A DNA stretch of 32,000 nucleotides from assembly GCF_003574135.1 (NCBI RefSeq), contig NZ_AP018341.1:1865740-1897739 (forward strand), read 5' to 3'. Within the stretch, counting starts at the first letter, position 1. Each line of letters opens with the position of its first letter. Position numbers and translations under genes: made by a program. A model generated the notes under the pieces. It saw only the letters and a program-made list of their open reading frames with translations. It searched no databases and had not been told where the DNA came from. This DNA comes from a cyanobacterium endosymbiont of Rhopalodia gibberula. GTDB lineage: Bacteria > Cyanobacteriota > Cyanobacteriia > Cyanobacteriales > Microcystaceae. Of this stretch, positions 11,351-21,191 are shown piece by piece.

Positions 11351-11661
11351 AATCATCAGAACAATGTTTTATAAATTGATTAATATAATAAAGCCCTCGA
11401 TTGTTTTATTTTAAAACAGACACAGTCTTGCTCGCATTACCCCATAATTCTTCGGTTGAACCTTTTGGTAGCCGACAACAGCCCTTCCATGATATCCGAG
11501 TTTTTCTAGCCTCATACCGCGTTTAACCAAATCCAATAGTTATTAGTATAGATTTCATTGGAGTTTCAAGTGACTGACAGTTAATTTATGATTTATTTAT
11601 CAATAACCATATAAAAATTATATGTTGTTATTAAACACATACCAAACACGTATCGAATATT

Positions 11662-12876
11662 ATGTTGCCTTCTGATTTATTAATTTATCGTTATAGTGGC
11701 AAGTCTATAGTTCCTAGAAAACTGCCTTTAGATTCCAACGCGCTCACCCTTGCTTCTGAACAAATTAATTGTTTTCAAAACAATCTAGGGAGTACTCAAG
11801 AACAACTAAACCGAAAGCTTCTAGAACTAGAAGCAGATAATCCAAATTATCGGATTAAACGAGGGTTAGCCCATCTGTTAAAAAATAACTTTTCAACTTT
11901 TGAAATTGTCAGTCCTCTCGAACCCCAAGAACTACGACAACGGGTATTTAGTCGTGCGGCAGAATTCCTCCCTATTCCCTCTAACCGTTTCTATCTGTTA
12001 GACAACATTGCTAGTCTATTAAGTGAGGAATTAAATAGGGAAATCTTGCCTATTGAAATTGAACGAGGACTTTATGCAGACTTACAAGAAAATCGTATCC
12101 TAACTGATTTTGAGTCTCCTACTTCAGAAGAATTAATCCATCGCTATAATTTATCACAAGTTCAAGGAATTTTCTATCGTTCGAGTCACATTATAATCAA
12201 TGCTCATCGCAATGATCCAGGGGAATATAAATTGCTGTTCCGTTATCTTAAATTATTTCAATTAATGGCTTATATCGAAGGAGATGCAGATACGGGATTT
12301 ACCATTATGATGGATGGACCTACAAGTCTATTTAAAGCTAACACCCGTTATGGGTTAGCCTTAGCTAAAATGATTCCGGCACTACTCCATGTTAGTAAAT
12401 GGAGTCTTGAAACTAAATTACAAATCAAGGACAACTATACCGGAAAAATTAAAACTAGTCATTTTAGTTTAGATGATCGCTGTGGTTTAGTGAGTCATTA
12501 TTCTAAAGGAAAAACCTATGATAGTATGTTAGAAGAATCCTTCGCCAAACGATGGGCGAAATTGAGAACTCAATGGCGACTAGAAAGAGAAGTGGATTTA
12601 ATTCCTTTACGGGGGAGTGTAATGATCCCCGACTTTCGTTTAGTACATCCCGATGGACGAGATATTTTGTTAGAAATTGTTGGATATTGGCGACCAGAAT
12701 ACTTACAAAAAAAATTTTATCAGGTACAAAATTCCGATGTAGATAATCTAATTCTAGCTATCTCTGAACGATTGAATCTAGAAAAGGCAGGAGTTAAACT
12801 TACAGATACTCCCGCGAAGATTGTTTGGTTTAAAGATAAGCTGGACCCCAGAAAAATTTTGGATTTATTGGAATAA
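11662..12876 (+). CDS. DUF790 family protein, Bax1-like nuclease
   Basis: 404 aa ORF. N-terminus MLPSDLLIYRYSGKSIVPRKL and PD-(D/E)xK-like C-terminus MIPDFRLVHPDGRDILLEIVGYWRPEYLQKKFYQV are characteristic of DUF790/Bax1 proteins. Confidence 0.88.
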   Translation: MLPSDLLIYRYSGKSIVPRKLPLDSNALTLASEQINCFQNNLGSTQEQLNRKLLELEADNPNYRIKRGLAHLLKNNFSTFEIVSPLEPQELRQRVFSRAAEFLPIPSNRFYLLDNIASLLSEELNREILPIEIERGLYADLQENRILTDFESPTSEELIHRYNLSQVQGIFYRSSHIIINAHRNDPGEYKLLFRYLKLFQLMAYIEGDADTGFTIMMDGPTSLFKANTRYGLALAKMIPALLHVSKWSLETKLQIKDNYTGKIKTSHFSLDDRCGLVSHYSKGKTYDSMLEESFAKRWAKLRTQWRLEREVDLIPLRGSVMIPDFRLVHPDGRDILLEIVGYWRPEYLQKKFYQVQNSDVDNLILAISERLNLEKAGVKLTDTPAKIVWFKDKLDPRKILDLLE

Positions 12877-13255
12877 CTTTTAGAATAACTTAATGAATCG
12901 ATCGATTGACATAGAGTCATTTTTTTTCTAAAACATCTCAAAATTCAGTCCATCCACATTCTTTTTTCAGTTTTCAGGAATATTTGTAAAGTGTTAGAAA
13001 ACAGTATGAGTAATTTAGTCCGTCGTCAGATATGATTGGTAATCATATATATTTTTTCCTTTAGGAAGTTAGTTGATAAACCGGAACTCTGAGCGTAAGA
13101 ATTGCTGAAAAGGGTCTTTAGGAAAGAAAAAATATTTCATGTTTTTCCAGCAAACCCTAATTAATTACGTAAATTTTATCAAAATAAAGAGCTCAGCTTA
13201 TTTGGAGAGAGAAATAGAAGTTGTGGTATCCTTTAAATGCGTGTTAATCACTGAA

Positions 13256-13642
13256 TCACCAACGCCAAACTTGTTGATATTGTTCAAACAAATTGGGTAA
13301 ATCACGACGAGATAATTTTTGAATTCCACTAAGTAATTTTGCCTCGGGAATACCCCTTTGGGCGATATCCTCTGCAATTGCATACACTTTCAATCCACTA
13401 TCAAGAGCTTGTTGTAAATCTTGATCAACTTTGGCTGGACAAGTTTGTTGCCAAGAACCTAATGTCAAACCATCATTTCCTTGTCCACTAACAGCATAGT
13501 TAACGGCACTGCCTCGTAACAAAATATCGACTTCGCCACCGGCTGTCTTTAAAACTTGAACTATCCAAATAGCCGGATCATCTTGTTCTTCAACGATACA
13601 ACGATAAGCTGATTCAATAATTTGTAATGCTTTCATAGTCAA
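13256..13642 (-). CDS. DsrE family protein (third gene of the triple cluster)
   Basis: 128 aa ORF, real start probably MKALQIIESAYRCIVEEQDDPAIWIVQ (13636). Contains DILLRGSAVNYAVSGQ...AIAEDIAQRGI...SRRDLPNLFEQYQQVWRW. Confidence 0.8.
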   Translation of the reverse strand: MTMKALQIIESAYRCIVEEQDDPAIWIVQVLKTAGGEVDILLRGSAVNYAVSGQGNDGLTLGSWQQTCPAKVDQDLQQALDSGLKVYAIAEDIAQRGIPEAKLLSGIQKLSRRDLPNLFEQYQQVWRW

Positions 13643-13710
13643 TACTCCTTAAAAATTTAGAATCCTTTTACTCCTTGCCTTACTAAAACTTGTTTTAAAT
13701 AGGTTTTAGC

Positions 13711-14121
13711 TTATCTTGTGCCGATAACTAACGTTGATGCGGATTCGGTAGCCCATTGCCAAAAATCTTTGGGTCCGCCGCGACGACATCCTTTGATCGC
13801 TTCTTGTACACCCCTTTCATCAACACAAAGACCACAATTAATCCAATCAAATCTACAGCCTTTGTCTTGTGCTTTTGCTTGCATCGCTGCCACCCAATCT
13901 TTAGTTAATGGATGATTTTCTTCCTCAAAGGTACGGCCATGAATACTATTAGCGTGAGGTCTCTGGTGAGAAAACGCTAAGGAAACTGCTCCTTCATAGG
14001 CAAAAACATTGACATTGTAGCCTTTGTCTAATGCTGCATCCATCAGCCGAAAAGCGGTGGTTGTTCTCGCTTGTTCAAATGGCGCATCCATTAAGAGAAA
14101 TGTAAGGGTTGTTGTACTCAT
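13711..14121 (-). CDS. DsrE family protein with Cys motif (second gene of the cluster)
   Basis: Start MSTTTLTFLLMDAPFEQARTTTAFRLMDAALDKGYNVNVFAYEGAVSLAF. Conserved FDWINCGLCVDERG cysteine motif. The ORF track extends upstream to 14172, but the internal ATG at 14121 looks native. Confidence 0.85.
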   Translation of the reverse strand: MSTTTLTFLLMDAPFEQARTTTAFRLMDAALDKGYNVNVFAYEGAVSLAFSHQRPHANSIHGRTFEEENHPLTKDWVAAMQAKAQDKGCRFDWINCGLCVDERGVQEAIKGCRRGGPKDFWQWATESASTLVIGTR

Positions 14122-14199
14122 TATTTTGTCAGTTACTAATAAACAGTGATTCAGTAGATAATTTCTGGTCATAGGCTATCGCCTGTCGACCCTCGATAT

Positions 14200-14520
14200 T
14201 TATAACCACAAGGTTTTTTGTCCTTGTCCCATAGCATCGGCTACTGAAGATATGGTAGAAATTTGAATACCAGAATTCACTTCAGAATACTCAATTCCTC
14301 TTTCTTCGAGAGAAAATCTATCTGCCAAGACTTTAACTGAATTCAGGTTGGCTAATTCAGAAGGAATAATAGTTGAGCGGGTGGCTAGTACACCGTTTTC
14401 CACTAAAAATAAAGTCACTTCGTGCCCTGACTTAGCTAGATCAGATGCCAATTGATAATCGTGTATAACTTCTGTAGACTCGAAAGGACTTTTTGACTCG
14501 ATTAAAAAATATTGACTCAT
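14200..14520 (-). CDS. DsrE-family-like protein (first gene of the cluster)
   Basis: 106 aa ORF: MSQYFLIESKSPFESTEVIHDYQLASDLAKSGHEVTLFLVENGVL, a DsrE-type beta-alpha-beta start. Codirectional, 78 nt upstream of the next member. Confidence 0.78.
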   Translation of the reverse strand: MSQYFLIESKSPFESTEVIHDYQLASDLAKSGHEVTLFLVENGVLATRSTIIPSELANLNSVKVLADRFSLEERGIEYSEVNSGIQISTISSVADAMGQGQKTLWL

Positions 14521-15382
14521 GGACTCTTATTGAAAGACTATCGCTTCTGACTATATCTAACAATAGGTTTAAATCCAATTCTATTGGACTAAATTTAAGG
14601 CTTTCTTTAAAAGTAACTGGGTGGGCTTAAAAAAGCCTAAAATAGAAACGTAGTTAAAAAAGGGCTATCATTGTATACAAAACCCAAAATTTAGCTAACA
14701 AAATTAGAAGAGTAAATACTACTAAAATTGATTTATAACTACAAAAAAATGTATTTTTATATATAAAATTATTTAGAAGATTTCATTAAATAACAATTTA
14801 TAGATGAATTATTTAAACAATATAAATATTGTATTTTTTTCTGATAAATAGAAAAACTTTGAATTGAAGAAGATATGAAAATATTTATAATAGTCAACAA
14901 CTGTCTAAGTACCTAAGACTAAAAAATACTGTAAATATAAAAGGATAAATACGATGATTGTTATTAACATTGACTTAGTGCATACAAGTAGTTTATTTAA
15001 AGCTAAACTTGAACAATGGAAAGAGAAAGAATTATATATACACTTTCTACTAACCTATAGTCTAGGACTAAATATAATAGGAAGAGAATGACAGAAAACA
15101 AAAGCTCACAGAATTGCTATGAAGATTTTGAAGATGAATACAGTTTAGTTAAGATAGGTAAATAAAGTACTTATTAAATAAGCTTTTTTTTAAAAAAAAC
15201 TAGAGCAATATAAATTCAATTTTAGTTACCTAAATATAAATCCCAAAAAAAGAATATTTTTTATATTTATATCTATCTAGATCATCCTACTTACAAATAT
15301 ACTAAAAATGCCACCCAGCTATTAATTAAGCAGACATTGATAAGTTTAGTTGCTTCTAATAAAAATCAATATCTGTCCATAA

Positions 15383-16786
15383 TCAATTTGATTGAGATGA
15401 GATACGTTCAAATAGATAAACTTGGTTTTTTTTGTAGGTTAATTGAAAATCGGGAATTTGTTCAATTCTTCCTATTAGAGTGTCAACCAATTCTGGTGAA
15501 CTATTCCAACCTGGATGACGTTTATTTAACAATATATCATCAAATTGTTGAAGATTAATTTCTTGTGAACCCTCAATTGCTAATTCAACTTTAGTTCGAT
15601 GTGCAACATGGGGGGCAATATTAGCTGAGGTCAACACACTACCTTCTTTTGTCACTTGAGTTAAGGCTTCTCTGGTTGCTGACCAAGTATCTATAGATTC
15701 AAGGTAGCGAGAGGTAAAATAGCCAACTTTAGCTAGAGCAAAAAAAGTAACTAATGACCACAAAACAATATATTTAGGTCTTTGTAACCATCCTTGTCCT
15801 GCACTTATAGTTGCAATCACCACTAGGATTAAAAAGGGTAAAACTGGAAGAGAATATTGGTGCAATAAATCTTTTTGTTCTTTATTTTCAGTCAGTAAAT
15901 TTAAGAATAAAATAGGAAAAGCACCGATTAATGGAGAAAAATGTCTAGGAAGTAATCCCCAAATAAAAGGACATAAAAGCAACAACAAATACTCTAAATT
16001 ATTTAAAGTGAAGAGATGACTTAGAACAATTTGTGGTTTAAAAAAAAGATTTAAAATAATCTCCTGTAAAGATACCCCCAAAAAATTATATCTAGCAACA
16101 GCAGCCACCTGTTCTCCACTAAATTGAGGAATAATTACTTTAGTGGCTAAAACAAACCAAACTATTCCTATTACTAAAGAAATTACCCCAAACTTTATTT
16201 TTTTCTCTCCTAAGATTAGCCAAGCTCCCATTGCTGTTATAGTTAAAGATAAAGCATCCCGACAACTCAAAATAAAAATTAGTGCTAAGCTAAACGCAAA
16301 AATGTTGTTTTTTTTTGCGGCTAGTAATGCCCAAAAAAAAGCAGGCAGTGTCAATGTTTCGGGGTGAAAATCAAACAAATTTAGGTTAAAAATTAGGGGG
16401 TAAAAAAGATAAGAGAACGCGATTACTACAGCTAAGTTTGGGGTTAAATTTGCGTGTCTTGCTAGTTGCCAGACTGGTAATGCTCCTAAAGAAAGGGCAA
16501 TCGCTTGTAATCCAAATAGCCAATAAACACTAGGGTAAATCTTATATAATCCAGCAATTGCATAAAGAATGAATGCAGCGTGATCTCCTAATATGTGTAT
16601 ACCTCGCAAGGAAACGAAAGGAATTTTTCCCTGACTAATCAAATAAATACCATTATCAAAAATTGCTAAGTCATAAGCAGTAGATTGAAATAATATATGT
16701 CTTAAGCTACTACAAGTTAATAAAATCAACGTACTCACTGTGATCATAATTATTACAGAATAGCAATTAAAGTTTTTTGGGGTCAT
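15383..16786 (-). CDS. DUF2079 domain-containing multi-pass membrane protein
   Basis: 467 aa, many TM helices. N-terminal FDLAIFDNGIYLISQGKIPFVSLRGIHILGDHAAFILYAIAGLYKIYPS and LNLFDFHPETLTLPAFFWAL are typical of DUF2079. Confidence 0.88.
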   Translation of the reverse strand: MTPKNFNCYSVIIMITVSTLILLTCSSLRHILFQSTAYDLAIFDNGIYLISQGKIPFVSLRGIHILGDHAAFILYAIAGLYKIYPSVYWLFGLQAIALSLGALPVWQLARHANLTPNLAVVIAFSYLFYPLIFNLNLFDFHPETLTLPAFFWALLAAKKNNIFAFSLALIFILSCRDALSLTITAMGAWLILGEKKIKFGVISLVIGIVWFVLATKVIIPQFSGEQVAAVARYNFLGVSLQEIILNLFFKPQIVLSHLFTLNNLEYLLLLLCPFIWGLLPRHFSPLIGAFPILFLNLLTENKEQKDLLHQYSLPVLPFLILVVIATISAGQGWLQRPKYIVLWSLVTFFALAKVGYFTSRYLESIDTWSATREALTQVTKEGSVLTSANIAPHVAHRTKVELAIEGSQEINLQQFDDILLNKRHPGWNSSPELVDTLIGRIEQIPDFQLTYKKNQVYLFERISSQSN

Positions 16787-17462
16787 TTCTATAATTCTTC
16801 CTCTGCTAAACTAAAAATAGTTATTTGAACTGATGATTATAATTTTTTTATAGACAAAATTATAATTAGTGTTTCAGTTCAACTTTTTTTATTAGCTCAT
16901 AAACTATCTTTATTATCAATACACAACACACAAAGATTAGCAAGCCCAGACAAAGTTACTATATCAGGATTCTTTATCCATTGGACATAGATCGGTAAGG
17001 TAGAGAACAATAGCTTATTTTAAATAAAATAGCTGATAATATTTATAAATATTTTAAAATTAAGAAAAAAGCGATTTTACTTCATAAAAATCGCTTAATT
17101 TCAAAAAAAATAGTTTTAATACCTCTCTCTTATAGAAAAATTTTGTGGTACAATCACGCATAGCAAAAATACCCTGCTCACTGCAGCGTGGTTTATGCAA
17201 AAAGAGCATCTGGAAAAGTTAAAATTAGAAACCTCTAGTGGCGGAGAACATTCCTTAAACTGAAGAGCTAACCAATCTAGACAACTGATAACACTTCTTA
17301 TGGTTAGCTGCTACGAGAGCAGAGATACTTAAGCGGTATGAATGATTCAGGAACTCTTATACACAAGTTTGGGCAAATCTGCTTTCTGTGCGTGCGTGGA
17401 GTTATGTTAACTCTCGATACATTCTAAGATAGATGTATTAACAATCCTTGGTTATCCTCAAT

Positions 17463-18803
17463 ATGCTGAATATTAAAAAGATTGCCGAATACGCCCAATT
17501 AAGTGCGAAAGAATTGGGAATTGATAAATATGATATCTATGGTTTATCTATCGACGAGACCAGTGTTGAGGTTGATAGTGGTGAACCTAAACAAGTCCAA
17601 GCATCAAACCGATCAAGTGTTATTGTTCGTGTCTGGAATAAACGAAAAGCAGTGGGAGTGACAACTACCACAGATCTAGACAACAAAGGCGTAAAATTAG
17701 CCTTAGAAACAGCTAGAGAAGCGAGTGAATTTGGCCGTGAAGATAATACTCCTGAGTTCAGTCCAGAAGCTCAAAGTCCTGTTACTAAGTTATCCCATAG
17801 TTTGGTGAGCCATGCACCAGTTCCTACTCTTGTCGATACTTTAATTAAAGCCGAAAAAAAACTTTTAGAAGCACATAAAGCCATTATCGGAGTTCCCTAC
17901 AATGGCTTATCTCAAGAAAGTATAGCGCGGTTCTATCTCAACAGTGAGGGAGCCCTTCGCCAAGAAGAAGGGTCTTATTCTTCGATTTACCTCTACAGTC
18001 GTACTGAGGAGGAAGGTAGAAAACCGCGAGGGGCTAGTTCAGTTAAAATTAGTCACAGCTTACCAGAGTTAGACATTAACGGTTGTTTAAAAGAAGTGAT
18101 TGAAAAGACAATTAGTCACATAAATTATCAATCTATTCCATCGGGCAAATATCGAATTATTCTTTCTCCTACATCATTTTTAAGCCTGATTGATGCTTTT
18201 TCTAATATCTTTAATGCTCAAAATATTTTAGATAACCAAAGTCTTTCTACCCGAGATTCTCTAGGAACAGAGATTGCCTCCCCTCTTCTGTGTCTATGTG
18301 ATGATGCCCTTCATCCTCATAATGTTGCAACAGAAACTTTCGACGGAGAAGGAACTCCCACTCGTCGTGTAGAATTGATTACTAATGGAATACTGTCGGG
18401 TTTATTGCACAGTGCCGGAACTGCAAAACAAATGAACGCAAAACTCACAGGTAATGCAAATATTGGCTCAAAAGTTACAGTTAGCCCTCATTTTTATCAT
18501 GTTTTTGCTTCGGAAAAATATGCCCAGAAATTAAGTTTAGAAGAATCAGACGGAGTTATTTTAGTTGATCGTTTACAGGCACTTCATGCGGGAGTTAATT
18601 CCTTACAGGGCTCATTTTCCTTACCTTTTGATGGTTGGTTAGTTAATAAGGGAGAATTAACCAGTATTGATGCGGCAACGATAGCTGGAGATATACGAGA
18701 TGTATTAAAGTCAATCATTTATATTGAGTCTGAAACAAAAGTCCTTCCTGGGGGAATTTGTCCGCGAGTTTGGGTTGATGAATTGTCTGTTACTGGAGAG
18801 TAA
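17463..18803 (+). CDS. TldD/PmbA family protein, PmbA(TldE)-like
   Basis: 446 aa from ATG 17463 (ORF track starts at TTG 17448). GILSGLLHSAGTAKQMNAKLTGNANIG and WLVNKGELTSIDAATIAGDIRDVLKSI are typical of the family. No HExxxH metal motif, so TldE/PmbA rather than TldD. Confidence 0.85.
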   Translation: MLNIKKIAEYAQLSAKELGIDKYDIYGLSIDETSVEVDSGEPKQVQASNRSSVIVRVWNKRKAVGVTTTTDLDNKGVKLALETAREASEFGREDNTPEFSPEAQSPVTKLSHSLVSHAPVPTLVDTLIKAEKKLLEAHKAIIGVPYNGLSQESIARFYLNSEGALRQEEGSYSSIYLYSRTEEEGRKPRGASSVKISHSLPELDINGCLKEVIEKTISHINYQSIPSGKYRIILSPTSFLSLIDAFSNIFNAQNILDNQSLSTRDSLGTEIASPLLCLCDDALHPHNVATETFDGEGTPTRRVELITNGILSGLLHSAGTAKQMNAKLTGNANIGSKVTVSPHFYHVFASEKYAQKLSLEESDGVILVDRLQALHAGVNSLQGSFSLPFDGWLVNKGELTSIDAATIAGDIRDVLKSIIYIESETKVLPGGICPRVWVDELSVTGE

Positions 18804-19096
18804 TTAATTGGTTTTTACTATGAGAGATAATTTATACATAAAACACTGAATCGAATGAAGTAGAGATTACTCTCAGAATTAAAGTCAACGGGAAGATTGT
18901 AGGCCTTAGTCGAACTGAGTAACAGAACTTACTTCCTAAACATTCTATAATCGAAATGGTTAACGACTAACTTAAAAATATCTCTTAAATATTACATTAG
19001 AGAAATTGCAGTGTTTGGAATTGTTTTGTTTACCTTTTTGCTCAACTGATGGCCTATACCTAGTCACCTGAAAAAATTTCTCTTGGCTTAAAATCA

Positions 19097-19118
19097 CAAG
19101 GTTAACTAACCTTGTTTT
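19097..19118 (+). terminator. Candidate intrinsic terminator
   Basis: CAAGGTTA-AC-TAACCTTG perfect inverted repeat followed by TTTTCT. Confidence 0.5.
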
Positions 19119-19741
19119 CTGCCATTTTCAAACAATTATTGCAGTCTTATATTGTTGGCATTTACTATTACTATCTCGGATAATTGTCAATTTTGTCGTA
19201 TTTTAATTTAGATATTAAGAATAATAACCATGTTTTTAAATCTCGTCTAACTCACGCTGATACGAGAAGAGTACTCATCTACAATGAAGGTGTTTGTCAT
19301 AGAATTTTATAGGTATGGATGTTTTATGACACCGCCTAATTCAGTATCACAACATTGATTATGATCTAAAACTTTGTACTGACCTTTTTTTGTATTGAAC
19401 CAATCTTAAGAAGATTAACAAAAATTTTAACAACTAGCAAACTGTTAAACGTTTGAACAATTTCCAAGTTAATGCTTTCAGAAAATTGATATTAAAATCT
19501 TATATGACTGTTTCAGTAGAATTGAGTTAAGGCTCTCCTAGACCTAACATGATAAATTAGCAGCTAATAACTTCCAAAACTTTTTTTACGACTGTATCCT
19601 TTAACTCTAAAAACCAGATCTTTATCAAGACCAATTTGACGAAGTCTTGGAAAATCTGGGAAACAAGACTTTCAGCTTCTATTTGTTGTTTGTCATGGTT
19701 TTGTCACGGCTAGTCTAGAAGGGCCAGAGTTAATCACCGGT

Positions 19742-20074
19742 CTAATCAGAAACAGCCTCAGAAGGTTCTTGTTGTAATCTTCTTTGTTGGATTAGTTTAA
19801 ATTCCTGAGCTGCTTTATTGAGATTATTATTCGTATCTTCAGCAAAGTCGCCGGCGTTACGACTTCGTTGTAAATTAGAACGGTGCATTAGATCCATTGG
19901 ATTAAAAATGTTACCAAGTTCCCCAGCAGGATCTTGTTCGTTACTTTGATAACGATTTTCCTCATTAATAACATCAACAGACTGGGCTAATATTATCCGA
20001 GGAATTCCATTTACTGTTCCTAAACCAATTAAAACACAAAATAATTGTTTCAAAGACACGTTAATAGACATCAT
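19742..20074 (-). CDS. Hypothetical secreted protein
   Basis: 110 aa ORF with signal-peptide-like N-terminus (LKQLFCVLIGLGTVNGIPRIILAQS) and Asn/Gln-rich helical C-terminus. 54 nt downstream of the ABC permease and on the same strand. Confidence 0.65.
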   Translation of the reverse strand: MMSINVSLKQLFCVLIGLGTVNGIPRIILAQSVDVINEENRYQSNEQDPAGELGNIFNPMDLMHRSNLQRSRNAGDFAEDTNNNLNKAAQEFKLIQQRRLQQEPSEAVSD

Positions 20075-20128
20075 TAAAACTCACTTCTACATACAACCAA
20101 ACATTAAACATCTTAAATTGAGACTACC

Positions 20129-21025
20129 CTAAGCAAAACGACGACGCAACAAAGGTTGAATGGCTACTAATATTAACGCATTGAAGGCTAACAATAGAAA
20201 CAAAACCAATCCAAAACTTAGGTCTGCCCAAGGAGTTTGTAGTACCAAACTATTCAAAGACCAACTTTCATTGAGATAAACATAACGAATCGGTTCAATG
20301 GCATAGGTAAGGGGGTTTAAACTGACGATAATCTGTAGCCATTTGGCCATGAATGATAAAGGAGCTAAAGCGGTACTTGCAAATAATAAAGGCAAATTTG
20401 TCACGAAAATTACTGCGATTAATTCAATATGACCTGGTAAAGCAAAAGCAAGTCCCAAACTTAATCCTGTTACTCCTAAGACGATAGAAAAGACAACTAG
20501 GGAAATTGTACCTAATCCAATTAAGCTTGGCAAACTAGCTCCTAGAACAGTGCTAGCTCCCACAATGACTGCTGTCTGGATTAAACTCAAGATAATTATA
20601 TAGATGGTAGAAGCAGCCACAATCGAATAACGAGAAGCTAATGGCGCAACTAATAAACGATTGAGAAAACCAAATTCTCTGTCAAACATTACGGGCAAAC
20701 CCGCATTCAATGCGCCTGAAAAAGCAGTAAAAACTATAATACCAGGAGCAAGAAACTTAGCGTAATTAAGCTCTTCTCCAAATAACCCTTGAGGAGCATT
20801 GTGAAACAGTGCGCCAAACAAAACTAACCACATAAACGGTTGAATAATACCAGCAATTAAGGTTGATGGACGGCGTTGCAGTTGAATAAAAAGACGCTTT
20901 GTCATAGCAAGGGTTTCTTGAATAAATTCACCCAAAATATTGCCGTCTTCATCTATGGGGGTTGTTTTTTGTTTTTTCGGAGATAAAGCAGATTTAACCT
21001 TAGAAGAGATCATAGTTTGACTCAT
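20129..21025 (-). CDS. ABC-2 type transporter permease (DrrB-like)
   Basis: 298 aa: FLKQ..-like N-terminus, RRPSTLIAGIIQPFMWLVLFGALF, MFDREFGFLNRLLVAPLASRYSI, NPLTYAIEPIRYVYL. Confidence 0.9.
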   Translation of the reverse strand: MSQTMISSKVKSALSPKKQKTTPIDEDGNILGEFIQETLAMTKRLFIQLQRRPSTLIAGIIQPFMWLVLFGALFHNAPQGLFGEELNYAKFLAPGIIVFTAFSGALNAGLPVMFDREFGFLNRLLVAPLASRYSIVAASTIYIIILSLIQTAVIVGASTVLGASLPSLIGLGTISLVVFSIVLGVTGLSLGLAFALPGHIELIAVIFVTNLPLLFASTALAPLSFMAKWLQIIVSLNPLTYAIEPIRYVYLNESWSLNSLVLQTPWADLSFGLVLFLLLAFNALILVAIQPLLRRRFA

Positions 21026-21191
21026 ATTGGTTATTCCTCATCGATACACAATATCTAAAAATTGACATGCTGACATACAATTTGCACCTAAAAAACGAAT
21101 TAACCTATTTTTTTGTCTATTGTCTGTCTTAATAAACAAGTAGAACTTAAATGCAAGGTGGGCAATGTTTACTCTAAAGAGTAGGATCACT

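Noticed and set aside
11400-11580. Minus-strand fragment LDLVKRGMRLEKLGYHGRAVVGYQK / STEELWGNASKTVSVLK in two frames
   Set aside because: Looks like a frameshifted relic but is too short and unidentified to call as a feature.
12552-12941. Short ORFs on both strands overlapping the DUF790 gene
   Set aside because: Overlap a strongly supported CDS and have non-protein-like composition.
13198-13915. 61 aa minus-strand ORF (13198-13383) and 65 aa plus-strand ORF (13718-13915)
   Set aside because: Out-of-frame or antisense shadows of the DsrE cluster genes.
15337-15558. 73 aa plus-strand ORF
   Set aside because: Antisense to the C-terminus of the DUF2079 gene.
16143-16367. 74 aa plus-strand ORF
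   Set aside because: Antisense to the DUF2079 gene. Lys/Ala-rich shadow of hydrophobic codons.
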